Origin: an uncultured Candidatus Saccharibacteria bacterium
Lineage (GTDB): Bacteria > Patescibacteriota > Andersenbacteria > UBA10190
DNA length: 45,264 bases
Direction: 5' to 3'
Assembly (NCBI GenBank): GCA_964654145.1
Contig: CAZZHI010000003.1
Location: 15,312-60,575 of the forward strand
Shown here: positions 37,044 through 45,010 of the stretch, one piece after another
Layout of the letters: every line of letters starts with the position of its first letter
Numbering within the stretch: position 1 is the first letter of the stretch
Translations under genes and position numbers: made by a program
Notes under the pieces: generated by a model
The model's database searches: none
Told to the model about the DNA's origin: nothing
What the model saw: only the letters and a program-made list of their open reading frames with translations

Positions 37044-38148
37044 AGCAAGGGCACTCTCTGCTACGAGCGGTGGCGTAAAATCGTATACTCATGAGCTTAT
37101 TACTCATCTGCTTGCCTTACGTTCTCAAGATTCTTTTGAGGTAATCTATGGCTCCGAAAATATTACCGGACTATTCCCTTCAGTAAAAGAAACTGTGCTC
37201 CCGCTATCTTCTGAACTATTATTACCCTATTGGTTATCTGCTCGAGTTGGACAATATGTAAAAATGCAAAAGCCTACTGTAGTTCATTATACAAAAGCAG
37301 CTATTCCTTTGCGTAGCACCGGCATCCCAACAGTAGTCACGATTTACGATATTATTCCCGAATTTCTCCCTGAAACCCAATCTTTTTTACGGAGAATGTA
37401 TTGGCCAGCTGTTCTACGGCACGCATCTAATCATGCGGACCACATTATAACTATTTCCGAACAGAGTAAGAAGGATATTATTCAGCAGTATCAAATTTCT
37501 GAGGATAAAATAACTGTTACTCCTCTTGCTGTTAATGCTTCTCATTTTTACCCTCGTCCTAAGAGCAATACGGCAAAGCCATACATTCTATTTGTTGGAA
37601 CAAGGGATCAGCGGAAGAACATTTCGTCACTTATTCGATCATTTGCTGCGCTTTCGAAAGAAATTCCTCATCAGCTAGTGATCGCTGGTAAATCTGCGCA
37701 TAAGAATGACGAATCAAAACAAATAGTGCAGGAGCTTAGTATTCAAAATCGTGTAGAATTTCGAGAATATATTCCATACGAAGATTTGCCACAACTTTAC
37801 TCTGATGCGGACCTTTTTGTATGGCCATCTGTTTATGAGGGGTGGGGATTCCCTCCGCAGGAGGCTATGGCTTGCGGAACACCTGTTATTGTAAGCGATG
37901 GCGGGTCGCTTCCAGAAGTTGTCGGCGACGCGGGTATTGTTGTTCCGTTTTCTACATCAAATTTGCATATGCGCATGAATGACACTTCTTTTATTGAGTT
38001 GCTTACGGCGCGTATGCGAGAGGTTTTAGAGGACACTGCTCTTGCTGAAAAACTTCGCTCTAGGGGATTATTGCAATCAAAAAAGTTTTCATGGCAAGGT
38101 GTCGCAGAAAAAACTCGAGATGTGTATAGGCATATAAGCGATTTATGA
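37027..38148 (+). CDS. GT4-family glycosyltransferase (mannosyltransferase-like), tandem paralogue 1
   Basis: 373 aa with VYEGWGFPPQEAMACGTPVIVSDGGSLPEVVGDAG and HADHIITISEQSKKDI. It has the same length as the next gene and collinear motifs. It overlaps the upstream gene by 17 nt. Confidence 0.85.
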   Translation: MNVIIEARALSATSGGVKSYTHELITHLLALRSQDSFEVIYGSENITGLFPSVKETVLPLSSELLLPYWLSARVGQYVKMQKPTVVHYTKAAIPLRSTGIPTVVTIYDIIPEFLPETQSFLRRMYWPAVLRHASNHADHIITISEQSKKDIIQQYQISEDKITVTPLAVNASHFYPRPKSNTAKPYILFVGTRDQRKNISSLIRSFAALSKEIPHQLVIAGKSAHKNDESKQIVQELSIQNRVEFREYIPYEDLPQLYSDADLFVWPSVYEGWGFPPQEAMACGTPVIVSDGGSLPEVVGDAGIVVPFSTSNLHMRMNDTSFIELLTARMREVLEDTALAEKLRSRGLLQSKKFSWQGVAEKTRDVYRHISDL

Positions 38149-39266
38149 AAGCGCATATAGGGATTATTACAAACGCTGTTCCTCATTCTGGCGTTGGAGT
38201 GCGTGCGTATGAGATTGCGCGTCGCATAGAAAAATCGGGTGATATTTCCGCTCCGCTTATTGTGCTAGACGGCGAAAAGAATTCTTTGGAGATATCTGGG
38301 AATACGGTGAAAAAAATTTCACCATGGCCTGGGATATTTGGATCCAAAAGTATTTCCTGGATCCGTCTTGCGCGGCATTTGCCAGACTTTGATGTGTACG
38401 ATATTTCAAATCAAACACTTTCTTTTATTGCTAAAAAAAAGCGACCTTCTATTGTTACGGTGCACGATATTATCGAGTTAACAAACCCACAGGATCCCAA
38501 TGCGCGTCCTCTTAATGCGTATCTTCTTGGGGGTATTACGAATGCTAGTCGAATTATTGCGGTTTCAGAATATACGAAACGATCACTCATGAGTTATTTT
38601 CGTGTTTCAGAAGACTCTATTACGGTTATCCCTAATGGTGTGGGGGTTGAATATAAGAAAATTCCAAATTTTCGCTCTACAATCGGCTATCGTCAACTTA
38701 TTCGGGAGCTCGGGATAGGGGATGATAGGCCTGTTATTGTTTCTGTTGGTTCGGAGCATCCTCGAAAAAATATGAAGACAGTTCTGCGTGTTCTCGCTTC
38801 GTTGAAAAAAGAATTTCCGAATATTCTCCTTATAAAAGTCGGTAATCCTGGAATTCTTTCAGGAAGAAGGGAAGTGCTTAGTCTTATTGATGAGTTGAGG
38901 CTCCAGGATAATGTGAAGCTTGTTGGCAATATTTCAACAGAAAGAATCAATGACCTGTATAATATCGCGACCTGCTTATTGTTCCCTTCTCGGCATGAAG
39001 GGTTTGGATTGCCTCCCCTTGAGGCAATGGCGTCTGGATGCCCCGTCGTCTGCTCAAATGCTACATCTCTTCCTGAAATTGTAGGAGATGCTGCAATACT
39101 GCATGATCCGGACGATGTAGCAGGCTTTACTGCTAGTATATCTAAGCTTGTACATAACGATGTGCGTGCAAGGGAATATAGCGATAAAGGAATACAGCAA
39201 TCAAAGAAATTTTCATGGGACGCAGCCGCGAGAGCTATGGAGGCTGTGTATCGGGACTTACTGTAA
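38145..39266 (+). CDS. GT4-family glycosyltransferase (mannosyltransferase-like), tandem paralogue 2
   Basis: 373 aa with RHEGFGLPPLEAMASGCPVVCSNATSLPEIVGDAA and NASRIIAVSEYTKRSL. An ATGA overlap with the upstream gene lies at 38145-38148. Confidence 0.85.
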   Translation: MKAHIGIITNAVPHSGVGVRAYEIARRIEKSGDISAPLIVLDGEKNSLEISGNTVKKISPWPGIFGSKSISWIRLARHLPDFDVYDISNQTLSFIAKKKRPSIVTVHDIIELTNPQDPNARPLNAYLLGGITNASRIIAVSEYTKRSLMSYFRVSEDSITVIPNGVGVEYKKIPNFRSTIGYRQLIRELGIGDDRPVIVSVGSEHPRKNMKTVLRVLASLKKEFPNILLIKVGNPGILSGRREVLSLIDELRLQDNVKLVGNISTERINDLYNIATCLLFPSRHEGFGLPPLEAMASGCPVVCSNATSLPEIVGDAAILHDPDDVAGFTASISKLVHNDVRAREYSDKGIQQSKKFSWDAAARAMEAVYRDLL

Positions 39267-41552
39267 TATCAATTTCCTTTTTAGGAAAAAAATAGTAGCA
39301 AAAACAAGTGTTGAGGCACTTATAAGCACGCCCACAATGAGCCCAGGGGGCGAATAGCTAACTGAAACCTCTTTGTGAGTTGCAGGCGGTAGTTCTATGC
39401 TCACAAGACCAGTATTTTGTTTCACTGTGCCATAATCTGAATACCAACCTTTTGCGTAATTTGTGTTTAGGGTAACGGTTGTGTCCTTCTCTGAGGAGTA
39501 CGAAAACCGTATAGTATTAGGGGACCAATGCAGGAGCTTAACTATAGTGTCTTTTGTAGACGATAGGTATGCAGGGGATGTTTTTCCGGCAGAAGTTGTA
39601 ATTACACTATTTTTAGGGCCTAACACTGCGCAAAAAGATGAAGTGCCATACCCCTTTAAGATAGCTCCGTAAGAACGAGGGACATCTCGACCTTGATGTC
39701 TAAATTCATACATTTCAGATAAATGGGAAATTGGCACTGTTGTTTGCGGGATATTTTCGGTAATTGGAGGAATAACAAAGCCTTGTTTGGCGATAGGGTA
39801 TGCAAGGCTTATAAGGTCAATAGAAATAAATCCCAACAAAATTAATAAAGCGTTTATATGATAGGAATATTGTAAGGAGAGCACTCTTTTTATTCCAAAG
39901 CCAGCCAATATCCCCCCGCAAAGAACAGAAAATATAACAAGTCTCGAAATATTTGATCGAGGAATGAAGGGAATATAAGCAAGTATTGGTTCAAGTAATG
40001 GCCCAATTGAGGATATGGCGAGAGTTATTATCATGCCAAATATAAGAACGCGAACGATTTTATGTTCTTTCACATAAGAAATACCGAGAAGGATACATGC
40101 CAATGTTCCGTATCCGATATATGCCCCGTATTCGTGCCATAGGCTCAATTGATCTTTAAGAACAAATACTCCTTGTGTGTACCGACCGAAAAATATATCC
40201 CATAACTTTGTGTATGTATAGGTAGATCCAACAAATGCTTGATCAGGAAATTGCTTTAGCCAAAATAGTGTAGGAATTAGTTGAAAGCTCCCAAGACCGA
40301 GCATCCAAATTCCTGCAAAAGCAGATATCGAGCATGCTTTTTTCTTGTTATTTGCAAGTACTATAAAGGCCGCAAATGCGAGAGCGGTATAACTTAAAAT
40401 ATAAATTCCGCCTTGAAGAAGTGCCAAAGTAAGGAATATTCCGCAAAGGAATGTCCATGCAACGTGAGCAGGGGTTAGTGCTCTGTAGGCTTTTAGCCAA
40501 GCAAAAAATACCCATGGTATCCACATGAACGCAAAAATAATTGTTGTGTGGCCTTCAGCTGTTTTAAGCAGTAACGCGCTACTAAAAAGAACAATAATTG
40601 CTGATAACAAGGCGGCGAGAGGAGGAAGTTGCAATGTTTTTGCAAGCCGCACAGCTCCGAGGCCAGTGATGATAAAACACAAAACAATTGATATTCCCGT
40701 TCCCACTTCTTCTCCTAGGAGAAACTGAAAGAGGAAATAGGGTGTAATGAGTGAGAATTCCGGATCACCCAACCCTGCAGCTCCGCCGCAAATGTAGGGA
40801 TTCCAAAACGGCACCTGATGATACTCCCTAATCGTTGCACTATAAATGTGCCCGAGAGAATAGCGATAGTCCCAATCATTAATCCCCCATAGGCCTCCAT
40901 GAGAAAGATATGGATATAACGTTGCTATAGAGCACGCAAGAACAATAATGTGTACAAGGATCCACTTTAAAGATGTGCGAATTGGAACATAGTGAAGTAA
41001 TACGAAAGATATTCCAAGAAAAGTCCCAATTATTATCCCTATGGTTGCATTTAGGCTAATTGGTTCTTTGTATATAATCGAAAGCACTATAGGCGCCTGA
41101 ATAGAATCTTCTGGCATTGCATTAGAGAGAAGCGCCATTTTCTCTTTATGTGAGGGGGAAATTACAAGCTCAAAGGATTCGTTTTTAGGGAAAATCCCGG
41201 GAGTGAACAGTATTTGAATTGCTGGTGCGCCGGATTGGGGGAAGTACGTATGTTGCCAATATTTTTTTGCAACAATAACTCCCTTAGAGGTACGTATGTG
41301 CGCATTAATGAGTGTTTCCGCATCTGTTTCATCCGCCACGTATACAATAATGCCTTTTGGCTGTTTTTCTGGGCGAGGGAATTTTATTACCAGTGGAGCA
41401 TCTTTTGATATTGAAAGAGGTGCCGTTGGCGCATGAAGCTCCTGAAATGTTTGAGGGTCATACTCTCCGAGAGTGAGATAAAATACCCACCCTATTGCAA
41501 GTATGGCGGCACTTACAAGGGTTGCGGAAATAATGGTATTTCGAGGCTTCAT
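39258..41552 (-). CDS. YfhO-like GT-C membrane protein with an N-terminal anchor plus a beta-rich outside module
   Basis: 764 aa. FWNPYICGGAAGLGDPEFSLITPYFLFQFLLG parallels LWSNELGFGQPLLAWGQLGFFTP of 6695-9487. The C-terminal TLNTNYAKGWYSDYGTVKQNTGLVSIELPPATHKEVSVSYSPPG plus a final TM parallels the YfhO C-terminus. One TM and ~140 non-hydrophobic residues precede the membrane core. Confidence 0.65.
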   Translation of the reverse strand: MKPRNTIISATLVSAAILAIGWVFYLTLGEYDPQTFQELHAPTAPLSISKDAPLVIKFPRPEKQPKGIIVYVADETDAETLINAHIRTSKGVIVAKKYWQHTYFPQSGAPAIQILFTPGIFPKNESFELVISPSHKEKMALLSNAMPEDSIQAPIVLSIIYKEPISLNATIGIIIGTFLGISFVLLHYVPIRTSLKWILVHIIVLACSIATLYPYLSHGGLWGINDWDYRYSLGHIYSATIREYHQVPFWNPYICGGAAGLGDPEFSLITPYFLFQFLLGEEVGTGISIVLCFIITGLGAVRLAKTLQLPPLAALLSAIIVLFSSALLLKTAEGHTTIIFAFMWIPWVFFAWLKAYRALTPAHVAWTFLCGIFLTLALLQGGIYILSYTALAFAAFIVLANNKKKACSISAFAGIWMLGLGSFQLIPTLFWLKQFPDQAFVGSTYTYTKLWDIFFGRYTQGVFVLKDQLSLWHEYGAYIGYGTLACILLGISYVKEHKIVRVLIFGMIITLAISSIGPLLEPILAYIPFIPRSNISRLVIFSVLCGGILAGFGIKRVLSLQYSYHINALLILLGFISIDLISLAYPIAKQGFVIPPITENIPQTTVPISHLSEMYEFRHQGRDVPRSYGAILKGYGTSSFCAVLGPKNSVITTSAGKTSPAYLSSTKDTIVKLLHWSPNTIRFSYSSEKDTTVTLNTNYAKGWYSDYGTVKQNTGLVSIELPPATHKEVSVSYSPPGLIVGVLISASTLVFATIFFLKRKLILQ

Positions 41553-41623
41553 ATGCTTAAAAGTATACCTGAATATATAGGGAGTTTTTCATAAATCTGC
41601 TACGCTTTATAAGTACTCATCTT
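41553..41623. promoter_or_regulatory. Divergent promoter pair
   Basis: Minus strand: TATACT (41567-41562), then 9 nt to ATG 41552. Plus strand: TTTTCA (41586-41591), N16, TATAAG (41608-41613), then 10 nt to ATG 41624. Confidence 0.35.
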
Positions 41624-42844
41624 ATGGCAAAAATTCTGTTTTTATCAGCCCAATATCCTCCCGAGTCTAAGGGTGGAGGGGAAATATCTACCCATATTAT
41701 TGCGCAGGGGTTAACAAAGCTTGGTCATACTATTGATGTTATTACGGATGGGTCGGTCGATGCTTTTCGCGAGGTGGGTGGTATTCATGTGCGCACATTA
41801 CCGCTTGGATTAAAATTAAAGCCTCTCTTTGAGCGATTCCATAGCATTCGATCATCTATGCTGTTATCTCGAAAAATTCAGGATATTTCTTCATACGATA
41901 TTGTGCATGCTCATGATTTCCGTAGCGCTCTCATGCTTTCTCACCTCCATCTTCCTAGTGCAGTAGTAACTGCTCGCGATTACGCACAAATAGCTGGATG
42001 TACGAACAATATTCAGGCTAACGGAAATATCGACCCTGGCTGCCAAGGTATACATGAATTATTTCATTGTCACCGTATTGCAGAAGCATCGATTATTCGA
42101 AAGCCATTTCGTATGTGGCAATACATGTACAATAAGGAGTACCGCAAGCAAGCGTTTGCATCTTTCCCGAAGCAGATATTTATTTCCGGGGCGCAGAAAG
42201 ATAGTATTGCGAAGCACCAAGATATTTCTGCGCAACGTACTGCCGTTATCTATAACCCTATTTCAGAAGATTATTTATCAGAGCCGCTAAAAAAGGGTGT
42301 AAGTGGCAATGTGTTATATGCCGGTAGAGTAGAGATGTATAAAGGAGTGCTTCTTTTATTGCGAGCATGGCGAAAGGTCGCTGCGAGCTCTCGACAAGCT
42401 CATTTGTATATTGCGGGTAATGGAGCGCAAAGAGAGGAATATGAACGCTTGGTGGCAACCTGGGGGCTTCAATATCGAGTCACATTTATTCCTCATGTCC
42501 CGTATCATCGGCTACAGGCAATGATTAATGAATGCGAAATATTTGTTGCGCCACATCTCTGGGTGGAGCCATTTGGGCGTACTGTTATAGAGGGGATGGC
42601 TCGAGGTAAGCTCGTAGTATCCGCAAACGTAGGCGGCCCAGCAGAAATTATTACCCACGGAAAAACAGGGCTGTTATTTGAACGTAATTCGCTTTCAGGC
42701 CTAGAAGAGGCTCTTAAGACGGCACTCGCAATGGGTCACTATGATAAAAAAGAAATAGGAATCGCTGCTCGGGACTTTGTACGCGATACATTACGTCCAG
42801 AGCAAATTGCTCAGCAGCACATAGAGTTTTACGAGGGTATTTGA
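41624..42844 (+). CDS. GT4-family (GT-B) glycosyltransferase
   Basis: 406 aa with KILFLSAQYPPESKGGGEISTHIIAQGL and APHLWVEPFGRTVIEGMARGKLVVSANVGGPAEII. The N-terminal domain has a Cys/His-containing insertion (residues ~126-150). Confidence 0.85.
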   Translation: MAKILFLSAQYPPESKGGGEISTHIIAQGLTKLGHTIDVITDGSVDAFREVGGIHVRTLPLGLKLKPLFERFHSIRSSMLLSRKIQDISSYDIVHAHDFRSALMLSHLHLPSAVVTARDYAQIAGCTNNIQANGNIDPGCQGIHELFHCHRIAEASIIRKPFRMWQYMYNKEYRKQAFASFPKQIFISGAQKDSIAKHQDISAQRTAVIYNPISEDYLSEPLKKGVSGNVLYAGRVEMYKGVLLLLRAWRKVAASSRQAHLYIAGNGAQREEYERLVATWGLQYRVTFIPHVPYHRLQAMINECEIFVAPHLWVEPFGRTVIEGMARGKLVVSANVGGPAEIITHGKTGLLFERNSLSGLEEALKTALAMGHYDKKEIGIAARDFVRDTLRPEQIAQQHIEFYEGI

Positions 42845-43884
42845 CTCAGTACCATTTGGGGAGTGATTGCTAGCATCGTTTCGTGAGAAGTCGTTCCTAT
42901 GTTGGGCGCAAGTTCGGTGTTGTATACGGGTGATGTGCCCGGAGCGCGTACTACTATGCTGCTTTTCCCACGCGGGCCAGTTTGAACTTCGCTGGTTGGG
43001 CCAAAGAGACTGATAACTTGCGTACCCGAAGCTGCCGCAATATGCATAAGGCCGCTGTCGTTTGAAATAAGAAGCTTGCAATGTGTAAGAAGGGCGGCCG
43101 TGGTCATAAGAGAGGTTGAAACGATATGCGCTGCACCAGGAAATTTCTTATTGATGGCTTTTTGAATGCTTTTATTTTGTACCAGTTCATCTTTCCCCCC
43201 AAAAAGAAGTATGCGCGTGCTAGCATCCTTTTCGAGCAATTTATTCGCTACCTCCGCAAATCGCTCTAGCGGCCAGCGCTTCCAGGCAAAGCTTGGAGCT
43301 GATCCTGCATGTACGCCCACAGTAGAAGTGTTTTGCTCAAAATTATATGTTTGCAGTATTTTCTGGGCTTCTTGCTTATTCACATCTGGAATTTCGATAG
43401 AGTAAAAAGGCACAGGATCATACGTAATATTGAGAGGTTTAAGTAGGCGAAGATTTTGTTCGATGTCATGGAGAGTTTCATCTTCGGGGATTGCATGAGT
43501 AAGGAGTAACGAAGAATGTGTATTCCCTCTAAATGGGTATGAATTGCCAATGCGCACCGGAATTCCGGCTACATACAGATATGCCGCGCTTTTTATAAGC
43601 TGGCCGGGGGAGAGTACGATTCCTGTATCGTAGGATGCGGCCCGAAGCTCAGAAATTGTTTTTAGGTGCCCTATAAAAGAATTTCGGATTGGCATTTCAA
43701 TCACTTCATCAATGCAGCTCTGAGTCTCTGCGAGCGCCTTAGTGCCTCTTGGGGCTACCCATACCGTTATGTGCCAGTCAGGGCGCGCCCTTTTGAGCGC
43801 AGAAATGGCAGGTAATTGCATAACTAGATTACCAATACCAGATAGCGCAAGAAAGAGTACTTTATTAGGATTTGAGCTCTTCAT
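42829..43884 (-). CDS. GT9-family glycosyltransferase (ADP-heptose:LPS heptosyltransferase-like)
   Basis: 351 aa with KVLFLALSGIGNLVMQLPAISALK, WKRWPLERFAEV and LISNDSGLMHIAAASGTQVISLFGPT, the classic GT9 blocks. Confidence 0.85.
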   Translation of the reverse strand: MKSSNPNKVLFLALSGIGNLVMQLPAISALKRARPDWHITVWVAPRGTKALAETQSCIDEVIEMPIRNSFIGHLKTISELRAASYDTGIVLSPGQLIKSAAYLYVAGIPVRIGNSYPFRGNTHSSLLLTHAIPEDETLHDIEQNLRLLKPLNITYDPVPFYSIEIPDVNKQEAQKILQTYNFEQNTSTVGVHAGSAPSFAWKRWPLERFAEVANKLLEKDASTRILLFGGKDELVQNKSIQKAINKKFPGAAHIVSTSLMTTAALLTHCKLLISNDSGLMHIAAASGTQVISLFGPTSEVQTGPRGKSSIVVRAPGTSPVYNTELAPNIGTTSHETMLAITPQMVLSQIPS

Positions 43885-45010
43885 AGAGTGCTAGCAGCTT
43901 TTTAATAGATGTATCCCATGTAAAATTCTGATAAACGTATTGTTTTCCATATGCGCCAAATCGTTTTTTAAGACCATCTGTTGTGTGTAGAGTAATAATA
44001 GATTGTACTAGTTCATCGTGAGTTAAAAATAGAAGTCCTGCTTGGTCGTGCGGGACAACGTAAGGGATAGCAGATGTGTTGCGAGCAACAACGGGAAGCC
44101 CTGCAGCCATAGCCTCTGCAAGTACAATTCCAAATGCTTCATAGTAGGAGGTATGAACGAATATATCTGCATGTTGATATGCGCCCACTAGCTCTCTGTC
44201 TGATAGTTTTCCTATAATTCGCACACGACTTTCAACTCCAAGTTGGCGGGCAATAGCAAGTAAGCTATGGGCATATCCGAAGTCTTCTCCTGCTACTACG
44301 AGTGCAACATCCGGAATTTTTTTTGCAATATCAGGAAGTGCTCGGACAATATCTTGTAGCCCCTTTGCTCGAGATATTCGAGAGACTGTAAGTAGGATAG
44401 TTCCAGAAATAGATCGCTCCTTAAATGGATTTTCTGCTAATGTTTCAAACGTTGTCACGTCTATTCCTGGAGGGATCAGCTCAAATCTTTTTACCGGCAT
44501 GTGGGACTCTTCTATTAATTTTTGCTCAAAAGGCGAAATTACAACTACCGCATCTGCGGCTGCAAAAGTTAGTCGCCCTATTGTGTTTTTATACAATTGC
44601 CATATTGGCTTTTGGCGTACTCTGTTTTCGTAATAGATGGGGTGAAATATAAATGGAATATGATTCTTTTTCGCATACCGCGCAGATGTGTCTGCTGGCT
44701 GATACCAAAAACCATAGCTTTCTATAATATCTGGCTTGTGGTGGCCAATATAATACGATAATGCTTGAAGGCGAGGATATGAAATAAAGGGCGTAGGGGA
44801 TACAAAAAGGCGTTGTAGGTATATTGGGTCATCGAGTCGTTCTTCTGGCGACAAGAGAGTAATAGGCCCGTGGGTCCTCATTGGGCTCGATAAAACTCTG
44901 ACATCTCGCCCAGCCTCTACATTACGAGTACGAGTTACTAGATTTTTTACATATACTTCCGCACCCCCGCTTGCAGGAGGATAGCGCAGTGTAGTGTGAA
45001 GAATTCTCAT
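43865..45010 (-). CDS. GT4-family (GT-B) glycosyltransferase
   Basis: 381 aa with MRILHTTLRYPPASGGAEVYVKNL and HTSYYEAFGIVLAEAMAAGLPVVARNTSAIPYVV. An ATGA overlap with the upstream gene lies at 45007-45010. Confidence 0.85.
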   Translation of the reverse strand: MRILHTTLRYPPASGGAEVYVKNLVTRTRNVEAGRDVRVLSSPMRTHGPITLLSPEERLDDPIYLQRLFVSPTPFISYPRLQALSYYIGHHKPDIIESYGFWYQPADTSARYAKKNHIPFIFHPIYYENRVRQKPIWQLYKNTIGRLTFAAADAVVVISPFEQKLIEESHMPVKRFELIPPGIDVTTFETLAENPFKERSISGTILLTVSRISRAKGLQDIVRALPDIAKKIPDVALVVAGEDFGYAHSLLAIARQLGVESRVRIIGKLSDRELVGAYQHADIFVHTSYYEAFGIVLAEAMAAGLPVVARNTSAIPYVVPHDQAGLLFLTHDELVQSIITLHTTDGLKKRFGAYGKQYVYQNFTWDTSIKKLLALYEELKS

